Below, in pieces: positions 51,860 to 64,000 of a stretch of 64,000 bases of DNA. The translations under genes were made by a program, and so were the position numbers. Numbering within the stretch: position 1 is the first letter of the stretch; every line of letters starts with the position of its first letter. Source of the stretch: Podarcis muralis (taxonomy: Eukaryota); the NCBI RefSeq assembly GCF_964188315.1, contig NC_135668.1, positions 31,186,001 through 31,250,000 on the forward strand, in the 5' to 3' direction. The notes beneath the pieces were generated by a model. It was given only the letters and a program-made list of their open reading frames with translations, searched no databases and had not been told where the DNA came from.

Positions 51860-51930
51860 AGTTTAAATCCTGCCGGCCAATGAGGAGCGCGCTCGGGGCT
51901 CCGTAACGCTCCGGCTCTAGGTTTGAAATT
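51860..51930 (+). promoter_or_regulatory. PLK1 G2/M promoter: CCAAT box and CHR element
   Basis: CCAAT at 51877-51881, CHR TTTGAA at 51922-51927 and a CHR-like TTTAAA at 51862-51867, in a CpG island starting near 51400. Confidence 0.75.
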
Positions 51931-52097
51931 GGTGCAGCCACCGAGCAGAAGCCGTCGGCCGGGTCGCTGCTGCTGCTGCTGCTCATCGCTGTCACGGAGC
52001 CTGGACGGAGCGCACAGCAGCGCCATCCTCATTCTCAGGCCCAACGGGAGCGCAGCGCAAGGAGCCTCCGGAGCAGCATCCGAGGAAGGCGTCGGGG

Positions 52098-55000
52098 ATG
52101 AGCGCGGCGGTGCCCAGCAGAGGGTCCCGCCCGGGGGCGTCGGCGGCGCCTAGCGGTGGTGCCGGGGGGAGCCGGGCGTCTTCCGCGGCGTTGAAGGAGA
52201 GCAAGGCCATCCCGGAGGTGCTGCTGGACCCGCGGAGCCGCCGGCGGTACATGCTGGGGCGCTTCCTGGGCAAGGGCGGCTTCGCAAAATGCTACGAGAT
52301 CACGGACGTGGAGAGCCAGGAGGTCTTCGCGGGCAAGATCGTGCCCAAGTCGCTGCTGCTGAAGGCGCCGCAGAAGGAGAAGATGTCCATGGAGATCGCC
52401 ATCCACCGCAGCCTCCACCACCGCCACGTGGTCGGCTTCCACGGCTTCTTCGAGGACGCCAACTTCGTCTTTGTCGTGCTCGAGCTCTGCCGGCGGAGGG
52501 TGAGGACCCGGGAAGGGGGAGGGCGCGCAAAGGGCGGCGGCCGCGGCGGGCTCGGGGTTCGCTGTTCGACGGGGCTGCCGGAGGGGCGCTGCAGAGCCCC
52601 GGGCTGGGGGGGGGGTTGAAGGGACCGACCCTCCAGCAGCCCCTGGCTAGGCAGGCCTGGGAACTGCCAGGCCGTAGCCATAGCTTCGGTTTGGCAAGGG
52701 GAGGGCGTGGATCCGGTTCCCCAGGCGACGGCCTCTCGGTGGGGTAGGGTGGGCGCCTTTGTTGGCCGCGTTCCCAAGCGACTGGATGTGTCGTTCCAAG
52801 TCGCTGTTTTCGGCACTTAGGGGATAATGCAAGCCCTTCTCTGAGCACCTGCAGAGTACCTTCCCCGTAATCGCTCACCACGACCAGCCCCCATCAAACA
52901 ACAGCCAGGCTAGGTGGTCCTTCTCCTTAAGTCTTGACCTATCTGCTTTGTAGGAAGATTCCCACACTCCAGAAATGGAGGGTTCCATCAATAGCCTTTG
53001 ACTTATGTTCAGCTGCTGCTGTCATCTCCTTCCTAAGTTAAACTTATTTGGGGTTATTGGTTTGTTTTTGTTTTATCGTGTATTTTGTGTCCTCATCTTG
53101 TATTTCTGTGTTGTGAACAGCCCTGTGACTTTTGGATGAAGGGTGGTATACAAATTAAATAAATTGAATAAAGGAAGGCTTGAACCTTCCATCATTCTCT
53201 CATCCCTGGCTATGGAATGAGATGACTGGTTCTGAACAGCCTCACTGAGATCTGGGAAGTTGAGCAATACATGAAAGCACCAGAGTTTAGCTGTCAGTTT
53301 TTAGCTGGGAAAGATGGCCTTGGTGCCTTAGGGGTGATGAAACTGGTCCACATTTCAAAGGTCCCAGAAACTGCCTGTAGTCTACCTGTCACCTGTCAAC
53401 CCCTCTTGCCCGCTGGCTGAGCTGTGGCGATCCTAAAATCATAGAATTGTAGAGTTCGAAGGGATCCCGAGGGTCATCTAGTCCAACTCCCTGCAATGCA
53501 GGAATCTTAACAAAAAAGCTGGGGATGTTTGCAGACCTTTAATTAAAAGCGGGGAGGTTGGTATACCACACAGCTTTTGTGACAGGTACCAAAGGCTGGT
53601 GTGAATGGGGAAGCAACATCACATAGGACCCACTCGGAGATGGCAGGAACCCCACTGTGAGGAGGAATATGGGGCAGGGCAAGGAGGTTTCAGGTGGGTT
53701 TGAGGTTGACAGAAGTAGACTGTGGGCAGAAAAGGTAATATTGGCGTCCTTGCATTTGCCTGCCAGTCAGAACATCAGAAGAGACCCGCGGCAGAAAGCC
53801 GGTGTGGTGTCGTGTTTACAGTGTCAGACAAGGACCTTGGAGAGCAGGGTTCAAATCCTCACTCAGCCATCAAGCGCACTGGGTGTGACCTTGGGCCAGT
53901 CGCTACATGTCAACATCTTGCTAAAATCAGTGATTTGAAAAGCACAATCCACTCTCATGCCCTGGCCAAACTTTCCAGGGGTGGCGAGAGAGTTGCTGTG
54001 AACTGCATCATATTCCATTCCAGCCCCACACTTATTTGTAGGGAGGGGGCTGTCTGTCACTCACTGGACGGAGCTTCCTTGGCATCTCCACATAGGGCTG
54101 GGAATGCCCCCTGCCTGAAACCATGGAAAGCCATGGCATTCTCTGACTCTGTATAGACAGCGCTGATCTAAATGGACCTGCAGTCTGACGGTCTTCTAAG
54201 GCAGTGTTTCCCAACCTTGGGCCTCCAGCTGTTTTTGGACTACAATTCCCATCATCCCTTGCCACTGGTCTTGCTAGTCAGGGATGATGGGAGTTGTAGT
54301 TCAAAAACAGCTGGAGGCACAAGGTTGGGAAACACTGTTCTAAGGCAGCTTCCTGGAGAGGAGCTCCTGCCCGCCTTGGTCAGTTCACTGACTATCTCCT
54401 TAAGGTGCTTTTCTCATTCCTCCTCCCTCTCCAAAGTCTCTTCTGGAGCTGCACAAGCGACGGAAAGCGCTGACGGAACCCGAAGCTCGCTACTACCTGC
54501 GGCAGATCATCCAGGGCTGCCAGTACCTGCACAGTAACCGGGTCATCCACCGTGACCTCAAGTTGGGCAACCTGTTCCTTAATGACGACATGGAGGTGAA
54601 GATAGGTAAGGGGGTTGTGCAGGGTGGGGGGCCTGGGAATTATATGGCCATGGGCTCACTGCCTGGGGAGGGAGGTTTCCTATCGTGCTGCATGTGGAGG
54701 GGAAAGAGAGCTTAAGCAGCCTGGACACAAAACAATTGGATGCCGGCTGGTGCACCAGAACACCTGTGTTTTTTGCTCATTTAGCTTGGAGGCAGTTCTT
54801 ACAATCTGATGGTGTAATCTAGGAATTTTAGTGGGCTTTATCTGGCTTCAAAATGTAGGGTTGACATATTTCAATACAAAAATGCCAAAAAAAATGTGAT
54901 TTTTCAATTGACCCCTAAGATCCAGGACAAAGTGCTGCCTTTTGGAAATTCCCCCCAGATGTCAATTCCACCTTGAAATCCCGGTAATGTCCGGACGTAT

Positions 55001-58000
55001 GGCAGCCCTACTCCAAATGTGTATATTTGCCTTCTATTGCATTATTTCCCAGGCTGAGTGCTTCTTGGGATGGGACAACTGTCCGGTTTCTACCTGTTTG
55101 AACTAAATGACTCTTATTCTTATTCATTTATTACCCACTCATCACCCAAAGGTCTCAGGGTGGGTTTCAGCATTCAAAGCAATATTTAAAAAAGAATTAA
55201 ACAGTTTACAACCATATCGTTCGGAGCCATCAGTATTGTGGAATGGTACTTTCCCCAAAGTGCTGCTTGGGTGCAGAGCAGGCGCCCTGTACCAAGAGGT
55301 GTGACATCTTCAGAAAACCTTGTTTCCCTCTCCCTATGCTTTCAATTAGGCTGAGGGCTGTAGGTTCCCCATCCATCTTCTAGTGCTTTCAAACTCCCAT
55401 CAAAGGGCACTAAAAGGAAGCAGACAGCAATTCACAATTCTCCCCTTACCAGGTTGTGGGAGTGGATTGGAGCATAAAAATATTTATACTGCACCTTTTG
55501 AAGGAGCAAATCTGCCTTAAAACAGCACTCTGCTCCCTGCAAAAAAGGAAACCTATCCTGTGAGAGTTCTCCTTGCCAGCGTTCCCCAAACCTTCCAATG
55601 TGAAGCGTGCTTGTGTTAAAAATCCCTTTCCCTTTATTGGGCCTTTACATCTCTGACTGCCTCTGAAAAGGAAGCTACTTAATGCTTCCATTTGTGGCTT
55701 CTCTGGCGTAGCCTTGACCAAGGAAGCCTCTGTGTTCCTCCTGTTTGTCCAGGGGACTTTGGCTTAGCCACCAAGGTGGAGTACGATGGCGAGCGGAAGA
55801 AGACCCTGTGCGGGACGCCCAACTACATCGCCCCAGAGGTGCTGGGCAAGAAGGGACACAGCTTCGAAGTGGATGTCTGGTCCCTCGGCTGCATCATGTA
55901 CGTTTTGCTGTGTAAGACTTGAGTGGATTTAATGGATACCAGGGGTTTTCCTCATCAGTGCTGGCGGGAAATCAGTAAAGGGGAAGTTGGGGTAATAAAG
56001 TCAGGTGGTGTTAGAACTTCCAATCTTTCTCTTCCCTCCACAAGTTGCATAAAAATGTGCAGTCCCGTCCCCCTAAAACACTTCCAGTTTCCTTTCCAGG
56101 GGTGCCTCTCACGGGGGAGGGACTTTTCAGGGATGTGCCTGGTTGTATCACTTGTTCTTGGTGGGGATGACTGCCCAGGACAAATACCTTTGGTGTTGGG
56201 AATTCTCGCCCCAAACATCTGGAGAACATCAGGTGGGGGGGCTGGTTTAGGCACAGCCTGTCTCTGTTCCGCTCTGCACAGACTGGAAGGAAGCAGGGAG
56301 TCTCTTACGTTCTGCTCCCTCCATCCCCACCTTGGATGTGCTGGGAAGGGGCGAGAAGCAGGGTGGGTCATGCTCTGTGCATTTTGAGGAACAAGAGTTT
56401 CAGCGGTGTAAACATGGCTTGTTCCACGGAAGAGGGAGAGAAAGGTAGCTAAATGTTTGGGTGGGCAGTGGGCTCCCTAGCGTTCCTCTCCACCCCCAGC
56501 ACCCGCAGTTGATGGGTTTCCATATATGGTCTCTCCTTTCAGGTACACTCTCCTGGTTGGGAAGCCCCCCTTCGAAACCTCCTGTCTGAAAGAAACGTAC
56601 ATCCGAATTAAGAACAACGAGTACACCATTCCATCGGTACAGCCTTCCCTGGATACGGGAGAGTCTGGAGTTGACTGGGGGGGGGGTCAGAAGTGGGCAC
56701 CCCTTAACTCCTGAAACTGGAGTTGGCAGCAACTGGCAGGGGAATTTTGACTCAGATTTCTAAGCTGAGTCGTTTTGAGGGCTCAAGGTGGGGTGAATTT
56801 GGGGGAAACAATCGAGTCTGCACAAAACACAGAACTGAAGCTGCCCCCAAAGCAGTTTAGGGTTATGTCTACATAGCAGAATTCCATTTAATGAACAGAA
56901 CAACATCTCTAATGGGCCAAAGTTTCCCCAATGCTGATTATAAGCTAAAGATAAGAAGAACACAGCAGTGAATTATTCGGGCCTCTTTTCCCCCTCAACC
57001 TCCTACTTCTTGCAATCCCTGCTCCCCCCCCCCCCCCCATTTAGCCATGGTTGCTTGCTTCCTCTCCCCACCCTCCATTTACCTTACCACAAGAGGGGGG
57101 CGGGGAGGTGCCGGTACTGAGTACCGTTGAATAGCGCCAAAAAGAAAGCCCTGCCCATATGGAACCTAGAACCTGGCCTTGTGCTCTGGGTGCGAGCAGA
57201 AGAAGTGCCTGCTGTATTAGGCCAAACAGGGCTGAATCTAGTCCAGCATTCTGTTCTCAAAGTGACCACCCAGATTATGGGAAATGTTCAAGCAGGATCT
57301 GATCCCAAGAGGCCTCTCACCTGCTGTGGTTTCCAGCAACTGGCATTCAGAAGCATTGCTGGCTTCAAATGTGGTGGCAGAGCATAGCCATCCTGGCAAA
57401 TAGTCATTAATAGCCTTCTCCAGTAATTTGCCCGATCCTCATTTAAAGACACCCAAGCTGGTGGCCATCCCTGCTTGAGTGAGTTTCATAGTTTAGCCGC
57501 GTGCTGTGTAAAGCAGGACATTTTAGCAGCTCATGCCCTGCTTAGAGCTCATGGCTGTGGGGCTGGTGCGCCTGCCTGTGTCTTGTGTTTGTTCCATTTC
57601 CCAACGCTACTCTTCCTCCTTTCCAGCACATCAACCCCATAGCTGCTACCCTCATCCAGAAAATGTTGCGGTCCGACCCGGCTGCCCGCCCCACCATTGA
57701 TGAGCTGCTGACCGATGAGTTCTTCACCACGGGCTACATCCCATCACGGCTGCCCACCACTTGCCTCACGATACCCCCTAGGTTTTCTCTGGCCCCCAGT
57801 GGGTTTGATGCCAGCTTGAGGAAGCCTCTCACAGTGGTCAACAAAGGTGAGGGAGTGAGCAGGGGAAGGCTTGGGTGTGCTTGCAGCCCAGGTAGTAACT
57901 TAATAAGGGGGCTGGGGGGGGGGGGAGTGATACAACAACACCTAGAATATTCCATAAGACTCATCAATAGACAAGGAAAATGCCTGTACAGTTGTACGTT

Positions 58001-61000
58001 GGATCCCGAACGCCTTGGAACTTGGACGGTTTGGCTCCTGAACGCCGTAAACCTGGAAGTGATTGTTCCAGTTTGTGAACATTCTTTTGGAACCCAACAT
58101 TTGAGAGGGCTTCCACGGCTTCTGATTGGCTGCAGGAGCTTCCTGCAGCCAATCAGAAGCTGCAATTTGATTTTTGGAAGTCGAGTGGACTTCCGGAACG
58201 GATTCCGTTCAACTTCCAAGGTACGACTGTATTTATTTATTTCATGAAATGTATACACTGCTTGCTTGTAAAAAAACAACCCCAACCTCAAAGCAGTGTA
58301 CAAAAAAAGGGTATAACAATAAGATTATCACTAAGAACAATTAACAACAATAATTTAAGACTTAAGTTAAAATAACAACGGGCCGAAAACAGATTAAAGC
58401 TCGCTCCAACTTTCTAAACATCTGGGCCAACAAGAATGGTTTTTAGCAGGCATCTTACAGCAAAGATGTAGTGCCGCCACACTAAAAGATTGAATACTTA
58501 CAAGTGCGGAAGGGGGATAATGTGGCACCTGTAGCTGTGCCAGTTCTGCCAGTGAAACCCAGGCAAAATGGAGTGAGCCGAACTTGTGGGAAAGGTGTGT
58601 GGGTCTGGCTGAGGCTGCACAGGGTGTGATCTCCAACTGGGAAGCTGAGGTCCATGAGCCAAGAGTGGAACAAGGCAGCATCCCATGCATCTCTCTCTTT
58701 CCTACACAGGACCAGAGAGCCCTGCGCTGGAGAAGGTGCCCGAGAAGGAAGAAGAGGTGGCCCTGCGGGAGCCCAGGAGTCCTGTGGACAGCCACTTGGC
58801 TGACCTCCTGCAGCAGCTGACACTGGTCAATGGGTCCAATCCCGCAGAAAGAGCACCCATCAGACAAGGTGTGGTCCGTGTGTGTGTCTTGTACCTGAGC
58901 CAGCTTTGCTTGCCTGTGGGCTCCACTTCCTTAGCCTCCATTTGGTAACCACCATTCTCTTTTTCAGAGGAGGCTGAGGACCCAGCCTGCATCCCCATCT
59001 TCTGGGTCAGCAAATGGGTGGACTACTCGGATAAGTACGGCCTAGGTGGGTAGTCGACTGGGCACAGCAGCAGTCGGGGGGGGGGGGAGTGCACCTTGGG
59101 AAACAGGGCCATGAGGCAAAGTGAAGCAGTTGCCTCTGGTGGCAGATCCAACCTCCGCAGGGTGTGCTGCTCACCCTTCTCCAGCCTCCTTTTACTCCCT
59201 CTCTACCTTCAGCTCAGGGAGGCGGTTGCAAAGGAAGAGGTGGGAGGGTATTTTATGTTTTGCCTCAAGTGGCAAAACATCCCAAGTTGGTCCTGTTGGG
59301 AACAGACCAAAAACTCACCTATCAATGAGGCAAGCCCATGTTCCAAGCTGCCACCCTTACTACTTCTTAATCATTTAAATTTTTATTTTCCTGAGAACAA
59401 GAATAATAAGGGGGGGAGATACATGGAGGGCAGGGGACGGGGCGAGACACAATTTCAGGAACCGGGGAAGTCCGCAAGATAAAATAAAGAGTTGCTGGTT
59501 CCCTTTATGATGCTAATGTGGTTTTTGTGGCTATACACATTTTTATTTGCATGAATTTTGCATGACTCAGATTAAAAATGTTGGGGGGAAATACCAAAAG
59601 TAATTGGGAGAATACCAAAAGAAGCCTTGACCTAAATCCAGGGGTGGAACATCTGTCCAGAAATTACCATAAGCGAGATGTTGGCAGGTGGAGCCGTTGG
59701 TCAGCATTTATTTTATTCATTCGTTTGGGTTCAAACCTTCCTCCCAAAGGAGCCCAGGGTGGTAGGACTCACTAAGGGGCAGGAGCTTGCAATGAAATTG
59801 TCCAGATGTGATGTTATTGTCTGTGGTGCCTGTGATTAGTTGGTGCTTCCTGTATGAAAGAGGAAGCCTCGGAGCTCTGCTTCAGGGTCAAAACTTCTGC
59901 CAAAGCATGACCAAGGGGCCTCTGAGATCTGGTGGCATTGATTGATTAACAGATAATAAGCACCTGCTTTGCGGTTAGAGCCCCTGGCCACTCGGGTGGG
60001 AAAGAGTCTTGGGTTCTCTGCGGGAGACAGCTGAGACCACGGAAAGGCAAGATTCTCCTTGGTTTGGAATTAAGGCAGGTTTTGAGTGCTCCCCTCTGTT
60101 CTCCGCACCCCAGGCTACCAGCTGTGCGACAACAGCGTTGGGGTCCTCTTCAACGACTCGACCCGCCTGATTATGTACAACGACGGGGACAGCCTGCAGT
60201 ACATTGAGCAAAACGGCTCTGAGTCGTACTTCAACGCACGTTCCTACCCAGAGGCTTTCAGCAAGAAGGTCAGTGACTAGAGCCTCGTGGTGGTGGCTAA
60301 ATCTGACCATGTGCAAAGTGCCCCTACCTTTGCCACTGAGCAGCTGCCTTTCTGTATCTGAGATGAAGGTGTGAGCGGCTTCCAGCCATCGCTCGGCCCC
60401 AGGGTATTTTTTTCCCCTTGCGAAAGAAACCACCATTCTCATTTTGGAGAAGGGGCAGCATCGATGTGAGGTTGGGGGTCTGGTGGCAACAAGAGGGCTG
60501 TTGGCTCTTGCTGGCTGCAAGTAGGAGGCTACTTAAGAACGTAAGAGCAACCCTGCAGCTGGCCCAATGACCCATCTAGTCCAACATCCTGTGGCCACTG
60601 GGGGCCAACCAGATGCTCCTGTGGGAAACCAGCAAGCCGGATGGGAGCCCAGGAGTCCTCTCCCCTGCTGTGGTTTCCAGCAACTGGTATTCAGAACATT
60701 GCTGCCTACAACTGCAGCACAACCATCATAGCTTATAGCCATCTCCTCCCTGAATTTGTCTAATCTTTTAGAGTCATCTAGGCTGTTGGCCATTTCCGTC
60801 TCCTGTGGCAGTGAGTTCCATAGTTTAACTATGCGCTGTGTGAAGAAGGACTTTCTTTTATACTATTCTGGTGTCTGTGTGGCTTAAGGGGGGGGTGGTG
60901 CATTTAAATCCTGCTGGGCGGAGGATGCCTTTATGAGCTCTGGGCTTCTGTTGCCAATAACCTTTTATCAAGCCTTGCAGGGTCCTTTGCTGGAACGTAG

Positions 61001-62936
61001 CGTTTTGAGGCCTCCCTCTGCTCTGCCGCTGTTTTGCTGACATGGGTCCTTGTTTTTGTCTCCTGCAGATCACGCTGCTGAGCTATTTCCGCAACTACAT
61101 GAGCGAGCACTTGCTGAAGGCGGGAGCCAACATCACCCCCCGAGAGGGAGACGAGCTGGCCCGCCTCCCTTACATGTGCTATTGGTTCCGCACTCGCAGC
61201 GCCATCATCCTGCACCTGAGCAATGGCACTGTGCAGATCAACTTCTTCCAGGTGACCTAACAGGAGCGGGGAAGCTCTCTCTCTCCCCACCCTGCCAGCT
61301 TGCATGTATTTGGGGGTGGGTTTTGAAGCTAGAAATTATCCCCCCCACCCTCCAAAAGGGACAATCAATGGGTTCCTTAGGGAGGAAAGGTGGGCTTAGA
61401 AGTTGAATTAATAATAATGGCTAGCTGGCTGGCTGGCTGTCCATGCTGTCAACTGGTTCAGCTTGGGGTGTCACAGGCATCTCTTCTTGAACAAGTTTAA
61501 TGCTGCCCCCCTCCCAATACTGTACCTAAAAGGACCCTGATGGATCTGGTCAATAGCCCATCTAGTCCAGCATCCTGTTCTCACAGTGGCCAACCAGGTG
61601 CCCCCTTGGAAACCTGCAAGCATGACCCGAGCACAAGAGCCCTCTTTCCATCTGCGGTTTCCAGCAACTGGCATTCAGAAGCATTGCTGCTGTCAGCTGT
61701 GGAAGCAGAGCACAGCTACCATGGCTAGTAGCCATTGATGGCGTAAAGGTGGAACTGAGAGCAGGCAAAGGAGAGGGATTGTGTGGTAGATGCCTCCAAG
61801 GGCACAGAGGAGGATGCCCTGGCTTCTTTGCCTTTGTCTCTCTAAGGGGCAAGATTTGAGTCTCTTCCTACTCCAGTTCCTTTGGCTTCAGAACTCCTCT
61901 TGGGATCATGAAGCCGACGTGTTTGTGGAATGCTGTTCTGGCATCATCTCTGACTGCTTACAGCAAAGTGCAGGGAATCCTTACAGCCCAGGGGCCGCAT
62001 TCCATTCTGGGCAGCCTTCTAGGGGCCACATATCAGTGGTGGGTGGGGCCAGAGGCAAAAGGGGCGGAGCAACCGACACAAACATCACCCTTGTGCAGCA
62101 GGCTAGATTTTGACATGCACTCATCTCCTCCATCCAGGTGAGCATGAGGCATGAACAGAGTTGAAGGGTGCATCCCATCCAGGCATATCTGAAGCTGGGC
62201 CAGTGATGAGGGTGGCCTAGGGAGAGTTCTGAGCACAAATGGAGGATTGCATTCAGGCCCTGGGCATGAAGTTACCTGCACTGGCTTAAATGGATCTAGA
62301 GCAGGGCTTCCCAAACTTGGGTCTCCAGCTGCTTTTGGACTGCAATTCCCATCCTTGACCACTGGTCCTGCTAGCTAGGGATGATGTGAGTTGTAGTCCA
62401 AAAGCAGCTTGAGACCCAAGTATGGGAAACCTTGATCCAGATATTCCTTATATCGGGAATAGCCAGGTTTTCATGGGCTCCAACTCCCACCCACCCCCCT
62501 CCTTGGCCAAGCTGATTCTAGGACCAACAGGAGTTGCCAAGGCCCAGAATAGTCATCATAGGCACCGCTGGTTTCCCAGCTTTGTCTTGTTATGTGGTTT
62601 TACAAACTGCTACCTCGTATTGCATTAATGCCACCATCCTAATCCCCTGTGGCTGCCTCTCAGAGCTGAAGGAGCCCAGCTGGTGCTAATTTGCCTCTTG
62701 CATGTCTCTTCTCCATCCTCTGCCCACAGGACCACACCAAGGTCATCCTGTGCCCCTTGATGGCAGCCGTCACCTACATCAATGAGAAGCGGGAGTTCCG
62801 CACCTACAAGCTGAGCCTGATTGAGGAGTTCGGCTGCTGCAAGGAACTGGCCAGCCGCCTCCGCTATGCCCGCACCATGGTGGAGAAGCTGATGAACTCC
62901 AAGCAGGGCGTTCCCTGCCCCAAACCTTCTACCTAG
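52098..62936 (+). CDS. PLK1: Polo-like kinase 1, 10 exons, 603 aa
   Basis: Exons: 52098-52499, 54437-54605, 55753-55897, 56543-56636, 57627-57846, 58710-58868, 58968-59045, 60114-60268, 61069-61251, 62730-62936 (1812 nt in frame). Motifs: [20 protein letters not shown]-loop [11 protein letters not shown]-box RKPLTVVN, polo boxes [13 protein letters not shown] and DHTK. Confidence 0.98.
54202..54337. mobile_element. Palindromic hAT MITE (136 bp) with an ACTACAATTCCC core
   Basis: Perfect TSD TTCTAAGG and TIR CAGTGTTTCCCAACCTT. Confidence 0.93.
57225..57515 (-). mobile_element. CR1 3' fragment
   Basis: Same family. Confidence 0.8.
57989..58229. mobile_element. Tigger/pogo-like MITE, family C
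   Basis: TA TSD; ends CAGTTGTACGTTGGA ... TCCAAGGTACGACTG. Confidence 0.85.
60530..60860 (-). mobile_element. CR1 3' fragment
   Basis: Same family; another copy lies at 61535-61740 (-). Confidence 0.82.
62302..62434. mobile_element. Palindromic hAT MITE, older copy of the 54202 family
   Basis: Same internal sequence; TSD ATCTAGAG / ATCCAGAT (6 of 8 match). Confidence 0.85.
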
Positions 62937-63469
62937 CACCTGGCTGCTGGGGTTGTGCAGCAGTGAAGGACTCTCTCGCTGTCTCTTCCAGTTCCAATAC
63001 CGTTAAGGGCTGCGGCATTCCTGCCCTCCCCTCCCAGCTGGGGTCACCTCTGCCTGGCTGTGTCCTGGCACAGGGGTCAGGCCAGGGAGTGGCTTCTAGC
63101 TGGGCGGTGCTCCTTACAGGGGGGCTAAATGCCCCCCCAGCCCAGCCTAGAAGACTCTTTATTTTTTAAAAAAACAACAACCAAGGATTTCTTTTCTCCC
63201 GATTCTACTGGAGAAAAAGCCCCCATTTCTCCCTCCTCTCAGCCCAGCCCAATGAGGCCTCTGGTGCAACTTAAGAGTTGGGGGTTTCGGTTACACCATG
63301 TGAGTTACTTGTACGTGGTCTGTCTGCTGAGCCTTCCTCTTGTGGGCACTCTCCCTCCTCTTCCTGCTGTAGTTAAACTGTCTGGCATTTTGTTCTTTGA
63401 CTCTAAGCAACCAGATTTTTAAATATTGAAACTAAAGTCTACACCAACTAAACTTTTTGTACATTACTT

Positions 63470-63475
63470 AATAAA
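63470..63475 (+). terminator. PLK1 poly(A) signal
   Basis: AATAAA about 530 nt after the stop. Confidence 0.65.
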
Positions 63476-64000
63476 GAAGATTCTCTGGAAGCATTCAGCG
63501 GGGTCCTCCACACTGCCTTCTCCACCCTTGTAACTCTGAAAGGGGTTTTTGGCCGCTTTTGCACATCATCCTCTAATAGAGTTGCAGATCCCAAGTCCTT
63601 GGCTGCCTTTACTCCCTGATGTTTCTTGCCTGGGGCTGCAAGTCTCCTTCCCCACAGAGAACAGGTTCCTAGGGGACATATTGAAATGGCTTCTGCTCTG
63701 CTGTAAGAAACTGTGGCCCCTTCGTGCCTTCCCTGCATGGACACATTGGGAGAAGTGAGCCAGGTCCCAAAATGACAAGCCCAGAGGATTGGGGCACTAT
63801 CGAGCAACAAAGGATTGGTTCCCTTTTAGATTCAGAAGAGCCACTTCTGCAACTCCTACAGAAGAGACTCATTGGCTGCCTCTTCCCTTTTAACCTAGCT
63901 AGGACTGCCCCACAGCTGAGCTCTCCCTTTCAGGTGAAAAACGTCCACCAGCCCTTCACAGTTGTGATGCTTAGACCTCTGGTCTCCAACTCTGCAGCAT

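Noticed and set aside
51303-52044. Divergent gene upstream of PLK1
   Set aside because: Only low-complexity GC-island ORFs; no match to DCTN5 or any family I recognise.
63915-64000. Acceptor-like CTCTCCCTTTCAG followed by an open frame to the window end
   Set aside because: It lies downstream of the PLK1 poly(A) signal, has no recognisable homology, and is too short to judge.

Overview
Vertebrate genomic DNA, most likely from a lacertid lizard (inferred from the Sauria SINE subfamily and other squamate repeats). I read the genes by hand from splice sites and reading frames. The order is: probable GGA2 exon 1 (-, gene leaves the window), EARS2 (-, 9 exons, 507 aa), UBFD1 (+, 7 exons, 291 aa), ERN2/IRE1-beta (+, 22 exons, 961 aa) and PLK1 (+, 10 exons, 603 aa). 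The four complete genes have intact frames and GT-AG introns. Introns and spacers are dense with CR1 and L2 3' fragments, several tRNA-derived SINE types, Tigger/pogo-like MITEs (TA TSD) and hAT MITEs (8-bp TSD). I found no evidence of a wholly new gene system. The best leads are regulatory or evolutionary: a hAT-MITE remnant supplying ZNF143/THAP11-type motifs at the UBFD1 promoter of an EARS2/UBFD1 head-to-head pair separated by TE debris, a two-uORF leader on ERN2, IRE1-alpha-like features retained in this IRE1-beta, a SINE-derived cryptic acceptor that would remove the ERN2 membrane anchor, and a gene order that differs from human. All comparisons with human proteins and synteny are from memory and need checking. 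TE boundaries without a TSD are approximate.
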